Source: Minisyncoccota bacterium
GTDB taxonomy: Bacteria; Patescibacteriota; Minisyncoccia; UBA6257; GWB1-50-10
Length of the DNA: 57,334 nucleotides
Reading direction: 5' to 3'
Assembly (NCBI GenBank): GCA_041917695.1
Contig: JAYRXE010000010.1
Span: 1-57,334, forward strand
Shown one piece after another: positions 33,496 through 42,797 of the stretch. Each line of letters begins with the position of its first letter. Within the stretch, counting starts at the first letter, position 1. The notes below the pieces were generated by a model. That model worked only from the letters and a program-made list of their open reading frames with translations, had not been told where the DNA came from and ran no database searches. The position numbers and the translations under genes were made by a program.

Positions 33496-35352
33496 TTATG
33501 TTCTCGAGGAACGCACAACAACCCGGAAGCCGCTGCTGTTACCCAGGTATGCCGGTGCACCCTTATCTCGGAACGCCGAGCGGCAGAAATAGGCATCGTA
33601 GCACCATGAACCGCCGCGTAGGACGCGGTAATCGCCGCTCGACGGTCCTTTCGGGTCCTCGGTCGATCTGCTCTCGTAGTAATTTTCGTCGTACCAATCC
33701 GAGCACCATTCCCAGACGTTGCCGTGCATATCGTGGAGGCCGAATGCGTTCGGACGTTTTTTCCCGACCGGATGGGTTTGGCAGCCATTCGGCTTTAATG
33801 TGTTTTCGTAATACTTATTGAAGTCCGGTTTGGCATCTCCATAATAAGCTTGGTATGCGTCGATTGGACTTGTCCCGGAATTGTTGGCGTACCAGGCCAT
33901 CTCATCGAGGTTGCCGGCGTAATCGCCGGATGTTCCCGCGCGGCAGGCATACTCCCACTCCGCTTCCGTGGGAAGCGCGTACTCATTCCCGTCACAAAGC
34001 CGATTGAGGCGAAGAAAGAACTCCTCGCAATCTTCCCAACTGACCGTTTCAACCGGGAGGTCGGCTCCCTTGAACGTAGCGGGCGAAGCATCAATGTCCC
34101 GCTTCACCCTCCGAAGCTTTTCCGCTACATACCGCCATTGCCGCTGGGTCACTTGATACCGCCCCATAAAAAACGGCCGACTGATCGTTACCATCCTGGA
34201 AGGCCGTTCATCACTGAAATTCCCCTTCAGGTTGAATTTCGCGAACACCTCCCTCGTCCATCGGTCTTCTTCGTCCAGCTCCGATCCCATCACAAATTCT
34301 CCGGCAGGAATAAAGACGACCTGGATTCCGGCGGCAACAATTCTTGAATCGCCAATTTTGTGGCCAATGACTTCAATGATTGGCTCGGGCTTCTCGACAA
34401 AAACTTCTTTCAAGGCGCCGAGTTCCTTTTCAATCCGACCTTGAATGACCTTCCCAATGTAAGAATCTTCAGTAGCGAGGCCCAAAAGCCGCCTCATGTC
34501 TTTCGAAGTTTGCGGTCTCCCGGATGGGTGAAGTGACAAGCCGTCCATCACGACAGCCCAAATGTGACCGGGAACTTCCGGGGCAATTTGGCCCAAGGAC
34601 AGCAATGGGTCTGGCAATTGTGAAAGGGCCGAAATACCTCGCATCAAAGCCGCCGGCGGGATGATTCCGGTCAAAAGTTGGTACATCGTCGCCGCCAACG
34701 AATAGATGTCGCTGCGAGCATCCGTCCCCTGATTCTGTGACTGTTCCAAGGAAGAAAAGCCCGGAGTAGAAGCCGCAACACTGGCCGGCTGCGAATGCTG
34801 CGTCACATGACCTTTCGCCAGCCCGAAATCGAGCAACATCAACCGGCCGTCCTTGGTTTCCTTCAAATTCGCCGGCTTGATGTCCCGATGGATGATCGGA
34901 GGCGATTGGTTGTGAAGGAAATCGAGTGTCTGAAGCAGAACGTCCGCCCACTTGAGAACTTTTTCAACCGGAAACGGCTTCCCGTCCGAAGCCATTTTTT
35001 CGGCGAGAAGCTGACTCAGGTCCTTTCCGGTTATGAACGACATCACTAAAAAGGGGTGGCCAGCCGCTTCGAAGCGGTCCGTCACTTTCGGGATGTTCGG
35101 GTGGTCCAGACGTTCGAGCAGTTTGGCTTCCCGCTCGAAGGCTTTCCGAAGTTCCGGATCGGTGAAGAACGTCTGTTTGACTGCAACCGGTTTTTCTTCA
35201 ACCTCGTCGAACGCCAGATAGACAACGCCCATCCCTCCGGCGGCAATGACCCGAGTGATGGTGTACCGATTTTCGTGAAGACGAGTTCCCGCCGGGAGAG
35301 GTGGGATCATGAGAAGGGAGAGTCCTTGTTTTGGGTTGTGGATATTTTCCAA
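33496..35352 (-). CDS. Ser/Thr protein kinase fused to a formylglycine-generating-enzyme (FGE/SUMF1) domain
   Basis: Kinase motifs HRDIKPANL and DFGLA. C-terminal FGE-type motifs (NAFGLHDMHGNVWEWCSDWY...RVLRGGSW). Confidence 0.85.
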   Translation of the reverse strand: MENIHNPKQGLSLLMIPPLPAGTRLHENRYTITRVIAAGGMGVVYLAFDEVEEKPVAVKQTFFTDPELRKAFEREAKLLERLDHPNIPKVTDRFEAAGHPFLVMSFITGKDLSQLLAEKMASDGKPFPVEKVLKWADVLLQTLDFLHNQSPPIIHRDIKPANLKETKDGRLMLLDFGLAKGHVTQHSQPASVAASTPGFSSLEQSQNQGTDARSDIYSLAATMYQLLTGIIPPAALMRGISALSQLPDPLLSLGQIAPEVPGHIWAVVMDGLSLHPSGRPQTSKDMRRLLGLATEDSYIGKVIQGRIEKELGALKEVFVEKPEPIIEVIGHKIGDSRIVAAGIQVVFIPAGEFVMGSELDEEDRWTREVFAKFNLKGNFSDERPSRMVTISRPFFMGRYQVTQRQWRYVAEKLRRVKRDIDASPATFKGADLPVETVSWEDCEEFFLRLNRLCDGNEYALPTEAEWEYACRAGTSGDYAGNLDEMAWYANNSGTSPIDAYQAYYGDAKPDFNKYYENTLKPNGCQTHPVGKKRPNAFGLHDMHGNVWEWCSDWYDENYYESRSTEDPKGPSSGDYRVLRGGSWCYDAYFCRSAFRDKGAPAYLGNSSGFRVVVRSSRT

Positions 35353-35494
35353 CCAATCCTGACCATCTCTCTGTTATTCGACAAGGGCTAACCCAAGGAT
35401 TGCTAATCGAAAACACCCACAACCACCGACCGGTTCGAATCCCCGAATATTGATCAGTATCTTAAATATCCTCGCGCTTTAAGACTCGCTTAAA

Positions 35495-35510
35495 TTCCGG
35501 AAATCCGGAA
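35495..35510. promoter_or_regulatory. perfect 16-bp palindrome TTCCGGA-AA-TCCGGAA
   Basis: Centred 90 nt upstream of the sigma54 -24 element at 35593. Confidence 0.55.
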
Positions 35511-35592
35511 TCTAAGCAAATGTCGTGTTTTCAGGAAAATCTCGCGCACTAAAAATCACTTAGAATCAGTCAGTTACAAATCTCAACCACTT

Positions 35593-35608
35593 TGGCACGA
35601 TGCTTGCA
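35593..35608 (+). promoter_or_regulatory. sigma54-type -24/-12 promoter upstream of the pseudopilin operon
   Basis: TGGCACGATGCTTGCA matches TGGCACG-N4-TTGCW exactly. The leader to the ATG at 35845 is about 225 nt. Confidence 0.6.
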
Positions 35609-35844
35609 AAGCAATCTAGTGTTTTCAAGGCTTCGCATTTCCGAGTTTTGAAATGTCGATCTCGGACAAATCGTTTTTGAGGGGAACTTTCCATGACTGA
35701 AAGTCTCCAAATTGGTGAGATAACTTTCTGAAAGTTAAGTCCGGTGAAGACAATCGTTTTTCTGGTGTGATAGCCTGACCCGAATTTTCGTTTTCCTGAG
35801 ACCCCGCACGGTACTCTCATGGCCGAAGTTCGTTTCGAGGGTGG

Positions 35845-37119
35845 ATGATGTTGAAAAAAAAGAACGGTCCAAAATTTGCCTACGGATATCTGCTCCTCCT
35901 GCCTTTTGCGTTTTCGATATTTTTCGCAGGTGGATCATCGCCGAAGGTCAGAGCTGAAAGTCCCGGCCAGTACACAACGTCCGCCGAATTCTTCACGGAT
36001 GTCACCAACTGGTGTACGACCGAGGTTCGCGGAACCAGACGCTGGAAGCTCGAAGCCACCTACAACCCCACGGATCGGACACTTTCCGGGAAAGTGGTTT
36101 TCACCAACACCGGGGATCAGGCAAGCGGCCAGAACAAAGCGTATCTCTACGTCGATTCGTTCGATATTTTCGACATCGACGGGAACCAGATCGCCACGCT
36201 CCCCTGTTCGCTTCTCAACCAGCCTTCCGGAGACTACTCGTTTGCGACCATCACCCTTCCGACCGACCCCTACCTGGTCAAGGTGTCGGGGCAGAACTAT
36301 CGTTCCCCCGGAATTTGTCCTCCCGGTCCGTTTCAAGACGATTACTCGCTGCCGTTCAACCAGCTGGCCACCAATCCCTATTTCAACGTCCCCTGCCCTG
36401 TAATCACGACCTTCCAGATCACGCCGAACCCGGTTCCCCCGGGCGGAAGCGTGACGGCGGACTGGGTCGTCGAGAACCTTTTCATCGGAAGGAAGATCAG
36501 AATTACCGGTCCCGGCTTTCCCTCGGGCGACCGCACCGACGCAACCGGAAGTCAGGTCTTCACCGCGCCGGCCACCATCGGGAACTACACATACACGCTT
36601 TCGATCATCGAGCGGGACGGGACGACCCAGGTTGCCTGCGTCACGCCTCGAACGGTGACGCTCGTCGTCGGTGGGGCCAATTTCTTCTGGCTGGTCAAAC
36701 GCCAGCAAATTGCGGGAGAGCTTTATCCGCCGGGAAGTCCGCCTTTTTATGTCGAGCCGCCCGTAGGTACCGCTCCCCCTGGATCGAACGATTCCGGTTC
36801 CTTCAGGCGGGTTCCTGAAACGGGCTTCTTTCAGGCAACTTCATTCTCTCAAGCCCAAACCATGTTCATTACAGAGAGGAATACAGCCAGAATCCAGATG
36901 ATTGCTTCGGATCAATTCTTCCCTGGTGGTGCTCGAAGTCCAAATTATCTTGCTGCCCGAAATGATTTCCTTGTTGGCGTCAATCAACTTTATCCAAATG
37001 CCGTCAACAGATTTAATTCACAGAATCCCGGGTATGCCGGTCCGATTCTTGGAGTCGGGCTGCCTGAAAATCTCTCAACCCCCAAGCGGAATGAGCGAGT
37101 AGACCCATATGAAAATTAG
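35845..37119 (+). CDS. secreted hypothetical protein (424 aa)
   Basis: ORF track. Signal peptide. GAGGG upstream of the ATG. Confidence 0.7.
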   Translation: MMLKKKNGPKFAYGYLLLLPFAFSIFFAGGSSPKVRAESPGQYTTSAEFFTDVTNWCTTEVRGTRRWKLEATYNPTDRTLSGKVVFTNTGDQASGQNKAYLYVDSFDIFDIDGNQIATLPCSLLNQPSGDYSFATITLPTDPYLVKVSGQNYRSPGICPPGPFQDDYSLPFNQLATNPYFNVPCPVITTFQITPNPVPPGGSVTADWVVENLFIGRKIRITGPGFPSGDRTDATGSQVFTAPATIGNYTYTLSIIERDGTTQVACVTPRTVTLVVGGANFFWLVKRQQIAGELYPPGSPPFYVEPPVGTAPPGSNDSGSFRRVPETGFFQATSFSQAQTMFITERNTARIQMIASDQFFPGGARSPNYLAARNDFLVGVNQLYPNAVNRFNSQNPGYAGPILGVGLPENLSTPKRNERVDPYEN

Positions 37120-38047
37120 AAAAATAGAAGCCGGCTATTCGCTGATCGAGCTGATAATTGCCGTCACCATTTTCACGATTGTCATCGTGGGATTCGGTGC
37201 CGCGTTCGGGGTTTCCCTGAGAACCGCGAGATTCCAGCAAGGGCAAGCGCTTCTCAACACCGACCTTCAGCGGGCATCCAAACTCCTCGACACCGACGTT
37301 CGCCAGACGGGGTTTCTTCTGGCAGCCGGTTCCAACAACACCCTTCCGCTCTTCGTCAGGGACGGACACCCGGTCGCCGCGGTCGAAGTCGCTGACGACG
37401 GCAAAACCCTTCGTTGCTACCGGATCGGCGACGAATCGGGCGGTCGCGCGGTCGAAGGCATCACACCCGCCGGCGCGATCACTTCCGGTACAACCGAATT
37501 CACCGTGGCCGGAAACATCTCGACACTGACCGGCCGGATCGGGTCTTCGAGGGCCTTCCTTTTCGTTTCCGAGGGCCTCGGACGCCAGGGGCTGCTCTTC
37601 ATCACAAGTTCGGCTCCAACCGTTGACTCGGTGAATCCCAATCTGGTTCACCTTCGGGGCGCATTCTCATCCGGCCCCTGTCTGAATGTCGGCGATATCG
37701 GAACCGCACCCGTCGATTACAGAGGAATGCTCGCGATACCTGTCAGTTCATATCTCGAGTATCGGGTCCGGGATGAAGGCCTCGTGCGTTCCGAATATCC
37801 CGGGACCCTCAACCCTTGCGGAAGCACTGCAACTTCAACGGATAAACTCCTGATCCAGACCACCCATTTCGCCGATCTTCGTTTCGGCTACCTCCGTTCG
37901 AACGGCGACAACGCGGTCACTGTAGCCGACTCCGATTTCCCATCGATTCGAGGCGTCATGCTCGTCGTCAAACGGCGAAACACCGGTACCGCGAATAACG
38001 AATTCGTCAGCCATTATGTCCCGTTCATCATGAACAGCGAGTGGTGA
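37109..38047 (+). CDS. prepilin-type N-terminal cleavage/methylation-domain protein (pseudopilin-like, 312 aa)
   Basis: MKIRKIEAG/YSLIELIIAVTIFTIV: Gly before the cleavage site and Glu at +5, followed by a hydrophobic helix. Confidence 0.75.
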   Translation: MKIRKIEAGYSLIELIIAVTIFTIVIVGFGAAFGVSLRTARFQQGQALLNTDLQRASKLLDTDVRQTGFLLAAGSNNTLPLFVRDGHPVAAVEVADDGKTLRCYRIGDESGGRAVEGITPAGAITSGTTEFTVAGNISTLTGRIGSSRAFLFVSEGLGRQGLLFITSSAPTVDSVNPNLVHLRGAFSSGPCLNVGDIGTAPVDYRGMLAIPVSSYLEYRVRDEGLVRSEYPGTLNPCGSTATSTDKLLIQTTHFADLRFGYLRSNGDNAVTVADSDFPSIRGVMLVVKRRNTGTANNEFVSHYVPFIMNSEW

Positions 38048-38050
38048 ATC

Positions 38051-38482
38051 ATGCCGAAGAACCGTCGACAAAACTTTTGCCGGAATCAGAACGGAACGCT
38101 CTACGTCGAGCTGCTGATCGCCATCGCCCTTCTGGCGGTTTTCGGTGCGGTCGTGATGTCCTACATCACCCAGCACCAACGACTTCAACAATTGGCTCGA
38201 GTTCGGGACACCGCGAATTACACCGCCAATGCAGCCGCGCGCCTTTACAAGGTCAATTTTTGTCCTTCCGGAACCGTCGTTCCGGGAAACGGAACGGTCG
38301 TCGTATCCGAACAGGGAATCAAGCTTTTCGTTCTTCCCGATACCCCCGCGGCGGGAACCCCCGGCCAGACGTTTTTGTTCCGGGCTACTTCAAGTCGAAC
38401 TCCAACCGGGGGAAATGCCCTGAGCTTCGAACTCGTTGACCAGTTCGGAAAGTCCATCACCGTGAAGATCATCCCGATCTGA
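38051..38482 (+). CDS. prepilin-type N-terminal-domain protein (143 aa)
   Basis: ...NQNG/TLYVELLIAIALLAVFG: Gly, Glu at +5, then a hydrophobic helix. Confidence 0.65.
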   Translation: MPKNRRQNFCRNQNGTLYVELLIAIALLAVFGAVVMSYITQHQRLQQLARVRDTANYTANAAARLYKVNFCPSGTVVPGNGTVVVSEQGIKLFVLPDTPAAGTPGQTFLFRATSSRTPTGGNALSFELVDQFGKSITVKIIPI

Positions 38483-38525
38483 AACCCGAATCCGATTCAA
38501 GTACGTAAAGGAAGGTGTTCAAACC

Positions 38526-39407
38526 ATGCCGATTCTCGTCGTTATCGCGCTGATGGCCATTCTTATCGGAATTCTTTCTCCGGTTTCGGAACAGACCGTC
38601 CAAACCACCCGTCAGGCCTATCTGGATCAGGCCGTGACCGAAAACAACGAATTCGCCGACAATGCGTCGGTGAACCTTCGTCAATTCAAGATCAATACCG
38701 TGGTTGGCGATATCCAGCGGGATCCGTCCTCGAGCGCCAAAAGCCTTCAGGGGATGCAGTTGGTCCAGTTCAGAATCTACGGGAACCCTTCTTACGTTTC
38801 GTCCTTGGGGAACTATACGGCCTGGCCGGTTCCCGCGACCGAGATGCAGAAATTCATGGATGAAGCGATGGGAACGGTCCCGAACTTCCTTGTGCGCGAG
38901 CAGCCGGTATTCGTCGGAAACTTCACCGTTCAGAGGTGGTCGATCCGGATCGACAAAGTGCGCTTCACCGAGTGGACGCTCGTCGATCAGTCCTGGCTCG
39001 ACGCAAAATTCGGCCCCGCCGGTTCCGGCTACTCGCGATGGGTTGCTCGCGTGGACATCGAGACGACCGAAACGTTCTGGAAGGATCAGGTTGGCCTCGA
39101 CGGCAAACCCTTCGATCAGGTCGGAACGGACCCCTGCAACAAATGCACCAGTCCGACCGCCCCGACCCGGGGCGTTTCACGCGCGGCAACTGCGTTCAAA
39201 CGTTCCTTCGAAATTCCCGTTTGTTTCGGGCTTCCGGGAGTCGCCTCACCGAAGCCTTGTAACGATCCGGCCTTTTCATTCGTTACACCCCTCGGTGTCT
39301 CCGGCAATGCCTGTAGTCCGCCCGATTGCCGAAACCACATCGTTGGTGGCGAGAACGGATGCGCCCCACCTGGATTTAATTACTCGTTTCAACTCGTCCA
39401 ACAATGA
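38526..39407 (+). CDS. pilin-like protein with a truncated leader (293 aa)
   Basis: Begins directly with the hydrophobic helix MPILVVIALMAILIGILSP. The upstream in-frame sequence back to the stop at 38463 has no G-x-x-x-x-E cleavage motif. Confidence 0.55.
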   Translation: MPILVVIALMAILIGILSPVSEQTVQTTRQAYLDQAVTENNEFADNASVNLRQFKINTVVGDIQRDPSSSAKSLQGMQLVQFRIYGNPSYVSSLGNYTAWPVPATEMQKFMDEAMGTVPNFLVREQPVFVGNFTVQRWSIRIDKVRFTEWTLVDQSWLDAKFGPAGSGYSRWVARVDIETTETFWKDQVGLDGKPFDQVGTDPCNKCTSPTAPTRGVSRAATAFKRSFEIPVCFGLPGVASPKPCNDPAFSFVTPLGVSGNACSPPDCRNHIVGGENGCAPPGFNYSFQLVQQ

Positions 39408-39455
39408 CAAAGGGCCGGGTTTTCCCGGCCCTTTCCCTCAACAAGTTAAACGGAA

Positions 39456-40979
39456 TCAATATTGGGAAATCGAGATCCGCGCGCCGTTGATGACGACGGT
39501 TCCGATTCTTGTCGGCTGACCTTTTCCAATCGGTGAAACGGTTACGGTCACAACTCCGGTCGTGTAGTTCACTTGCGGCGTCATCCAGGAATCGAGCGAG
39601 TAGACCTGCCAGTCGTTTGACGGCGTACCTTGAATCGAGAACGTCACCGCTCCGCCGGTGGCCGGCACTACCCTCGAACTCGAATTCAGGATCGTAACCG
39701 TGGATTCCGCGGATGAAAGGATGCAAGCACCCGAAAACGATTGAAGATTTTGATTGATTCCGTTGACCGTTTTCCAACAGAACTTGGTGGCCAAGGTATC
39801 CCCTAAAATTGGCACCTGGCCGATGAACACATCAAGAATGTTGGAAGAACAATCAGGATCACCAACAACTACACCGCTATTTAAATCCATTTGCAATGTG
39901 GTTAAAGAACTCAGGTTGTTCAACGTTGCAAACGGCCCAAAGAGGTTCGGATTTCCTTCTCTGGCTATAAAACCTTGGTTGGACAAACAGGAAGCACTGC
40001 TACTCACACCCGAATCGGTTTCGGGCAGATAGGTCTTCCCGGTCAGCATCATGACGAAAGCACGCTGTGGGGTTGGCCGATTCACCCAGTCGCCAGCAAG
40101 TTGTCCCAATAGATCGATACTGCTTTGCCCAGTGTAGACCTGCGGCAGCGTGTCACGCACGACTTGCCCGGAAACTCGCAGCCGGAGACCGACGCCTTGC
40201 TGAAAAAACGGTTCGTACGTGTTGATAAACGAGAGAATCCGCGCATTCGCCGCGCTCGCGCTCCCCTGGTTCTGGACGTACTCGAAGTCCGCGTCGGTGA
40301 CGATTTTGACCGTTTTCTGGGCAATCGTCCGGTTCACGATCGGAACCCAAGGTACGTTTGCCGGATCGACCGGCGCCCGACCAGCTCCCTTCGCATTCAC
40401 ACCGCCGACCAGCTTTTCCGGAAGCGTCGTTCCGCAGGTAGCGCAGGAAGGCCGATCCGTTTTCGAAATGACCACCGTTCCGACCCTGGCCGAAACACCA
40501 TTGGTCTCGATCCGGTCCACTTTTACCGTATCGATCACAAATGCGCCCGTCGGCGTGGCGATCACCCCACCCAGGTAATTTTCGTCCACGTACATCCGGA
40601 CTTCGCTTCCGTCCATGCCTTCCACGGTTCCCCGGTAGGTTCGGCACGGGCCCTTACCAAGCGGAATCAGCTTCCCGCCCTGGGCGGAATAGGTCTGAAA
40701 ATCGGCCGTCCGGATCTCGTTCGGGACGAGCGACACGACGCGGCTGGCGGAATCCAGGGGAAGGGCAATCCGTCCGGTCACCAGGACTTCCTTCGAATAG
40801 GACCCCAGGTCAATTCGCGAAGTCGTCCGCGGTTCGAGAGCCGCTTTCTTTGCCGGCAGCCGGTAGTTGAAGCTTTTCATTTCCGGAGTGGCGCCCTTGT
40901 CGGCCGACACCGCCAAGATATTCACCGCCGACACCGCCAGAATTCCGACAGCAATCAAAAAAATTCGCACGTTCGTCAT
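39456..40979 (-). CDS. secreted protein with reprolysin (M12B)-like N-terminal layout but no HExxH
   Basis: ORF 39456..41006. The Met at 40979 has GAGG upstream and opens a signal peptide. CRTYRGTVEGMDGSEVRMYVDENYLGGVI resembles reprolysin-family pro/catalytic-domain starts. No His-containing zinc motif follows. Confidence 0.6.
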   Translation of the reverse strand: MTNVRIFLIAVGILAVSAVNILAVSADKGATPEMKSFNYRLPAKKAALEPRTTSRIDLGSYSKEVLVTGRIALPLDSASRVVSLVPNEIRTADFQTYSAQGGKLIPLGKGPCRTYRGTVEGMDGSEVRMYVDENYLGGVIATPTGAFVIDTVKVDRIETNGVSARVGTVVISKTDRPSCATCGTTLPEKLVGGVNAKGAGRAPVDPANVPWVPIVNRTIAQKTVKIVTDADFEYVQNQGSASAANARILSFINTYEPFFQQGVGLRLRVSGQVVRDTLPQVYTGQSSIDLLGQLAGDWVNRPTPQRAFVMMLTGKTYLPETDSGVSSSASCLSNQGFIAREGNPNLFGPFATLNNLSSLTTLQMDLNSGVVVGDPDCSSNILDVFIGQVPILGDTLATKFCWKTVNGINQNLQSFSGACILSSAESTVTILNSSSRVVPATGGAVTFSIQGTPSNDWQVYSLDSWMTPQVNYTTGVVTVTVSPIGKGQPTRIGTVVINGARISISQY

Positions 40980-41075
40980 ATACGCCTCACCGAAATTCAT
41001 ATTCACCCGTTGCTATCTTTTCCGAAAAAATCGTCCGAACGGTTTTCTTGTTTTTCAAAAATCACCCAAATCAAA

Positions 41076-41262
41076 ACTTCCCAACGAGCGGGATTTTCAA
41101 CGCTCATTGCAGTTAGTCAAATTTCGGAACAAAGAAATTTTTAAGCCTGGCCAAGAATTCAAACTCCAAACCATAGCCTGAAACCGAAATCCTTTGCAGA
41201 ACTTTTTGTTTCTCACGGGAAAGTCCAGTTCAGCCAATACAAAACTCCAATACCTGTGGGCC
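41076..41262 (+). repeat. 187-bp direct repeat, copy R1 (about 85% identical to R2)
   Basis: ACTTCCCAACGAGCGGGATTTTCAACGCTC...CCTGTGGGCC. Contains AGTCAAATTTCGGAAC (41115-41130) and an internal hairpin. Confidence 0.8.
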
Positions 41263-41312
41263 GACTGGTCAATTACCGAATCCAGGGGAAGGGCAATCCG
41301 CCCGGTCTGCTA

Positions 41313-42653
41313 TCAAGAAAGTGCGCGTAAGTGCTCACGGTTCTTTTCCTGCCCCGACGTGTCCTGGTGACCACATTCGTATCTGACAGGCGTGACTTTC
41401 CCGTCAGTGACGGAAACAATTTCCGTCACCGCGCCGCCGTTGCCGGTCGGACTCGCCACGGGTAGGGCGGTTGCGGTTGCCAGCCGTTGCAGGTTGAGCG
41501 CCGCGTTGAAGTCGCGGTCGTGGATCGTGCCGCATTGCGGACACCTCCATTCCCGATCTTTCAGCTTCAAAGCTTCGTTCTTCCAGCCACACACCGAACA
41601 CAGGCGGGTGCTCGGATACCAACGGTCAGCGATGACCAATCTTGTGCCGAACCGTTTTGCCTTGTATTCAATTTGCGAGCGAAACATCCCGAATCCCACG
41701 TCGCTGATGGCGCGGGCGAGCTTGTCGTTCGCCAGCATGCCTTTGACGTGCAAGTCTTCGACCACCACCGCTTGGTTTTTACGGCAGAGTCGAGTCGTGA
41801 GCTTGTGGGTGAAATCCGCCCGGATATTGGCAATACGCGCATGCAGTCTTGCCAATGTCGCTGAGGACTTCTTCCGGTTATTGGAAACCGGCAGTCGCGT
41901 CCCCTTGGGAAGCCGGGCTCCCGGCGAAAACCCGGCTTCCAGCTTTGCCGCCTCGGTCTTGCGACTGACGCAACGACTCCGAAGTTTCAGACGGCGCAGC
42001 ACGGCCTTGAGCGGCTTTGGCGACTGGATCGCTTCGCCACTGGAGAGAGTGGCGGCCGATTTCACGCCAAGATCGACACCGGTCACGCCATCCCCGGTCC
42101 TGGCCTTTTGGAACTGTGTGTCTCGCACCTCGACCTGAATCGCCACAAACCATCGATGCGCCGTGCGTGAAACCGTCGCGCCGAGAATCTTTCCCTCGAA
42201 GCGCAATGCCTCGGTCATGGCGACTTCACCTATTTTCGGCAGGCGGATCGCTTTGTCCGAGACGCTGAATTTGTCGTTCGCCACATAGAAACTGTCCCGA
42301 CAACGGCCCTTCTTCTTGAATTGTGGTTCGTGCGCCGGTTTCCCGTTCCGGATGTCGGCAAAGAACCGACTCCACGCCTTGGCCAGGTAGGCGAAGGGCT
42401 GTGCGTGGGCGTCCCGGTGAATCCCCCGCAACCACGGCTGGCCGTTTTCGTCGAGCCATTCCGGGTCGTGGTACTTGATGGCATTGAATTCTTTCTTGAG
42501 CGCCATCGCATCGGGTTTTTGCCCGCTCGCGTATTGCCTGTTCCACTCGGCCAGCGCCCAGTTCCAGACCCTTCTCGCGGTGCCGCAAGCGCGAGTGAAA
42601 TAATCGGCCTGTTCCGGTGTCGGGCAAAGGGCAATTTTGTGAGTCAGTTGCAT
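41313..42653 (-). CDS. tnpB: solo TnpB (IS605 OrfB/IS1341-type) RNA-guided nuclease family protein (446 aa)
   Basis: RuvC residues read intact in GVDLGV, VVVEDLHV and HDRDFNAALNL. Zinc finger CSVCG...CPQCG. No tnpA adjacent. Confidence 0.85.
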   Translation of the reverse strand: MQLTHKIALCPTPEQADYFTRACGTARRVWNWALAEWNRQYASGQKPDAMALKKEFNAIKYHDPEWLDENGQPWLRGIHRDAHAQPFAYLAKAWSRFFADIRNGKPAHEPQFKKKGRCRDSFYVANDKFSVSDKAIRLPKIGEVAMTEALRFEGKILGATVSRTAHRWFVAIQVEVRDTQFQKARTGDGVTGVDLGVKSAATLSSGEAIQSPKPLKAVLRRLKLRSRCVSRKTEAAKLEAGFSPGARLPKGTRLPVSNNRKKSSATLARLHARIANIRADFTHKLTTRLCRKNQAVVVEDLHVKGMLANDKLARAISDVGFGMFRSQIEYKAKRFGTRLVIADRWYPSTRLCSVCGWKNEALKLKDREWRCPQCGTIHDRDFNAALNLQRLATATALPVASPTGNGGAVTEIVSVTDGKVTPVRYECGHQDTSGQEKNREHLRALS

Positions 42654-42797
42654 TGACTGGCCTTTTCAATCGCCAACTTCGTCAATCCGCGCGCAAGAAT
42701 CCTGCGTGCGCAAATGACCGATGCAGCCGTTTCGGCGTCCGGCCACTAATCCCGTTACCCCCAGAACCATCCGGCGGCGTTTATTTCAACGACGCGG

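Noticed and set aside
35428-35445. CCGGTTCGAATCCCCG resembles a tRNA T-loop (GGTTCGAATCC).
   Set aside because: The flanking bases cannot form a T-stem (only 2 bp). No acceptor, anticodon or D arm can be drawn. It is at most a decayed tRNA 3' fragment.
35935-36818. Alternative-frame ORFs 35935..36708 (-), 36012..36818 (+) and 35876..36403 (+) inside the 424-aa gene. Similar nested ORFs occur inside 39456..41006 and 18027..22916.
   Set aside because: They are overlapped by longer ORFs with signal peptides or clear repeat architecture. Their compositions are Arg/Pro-biased.
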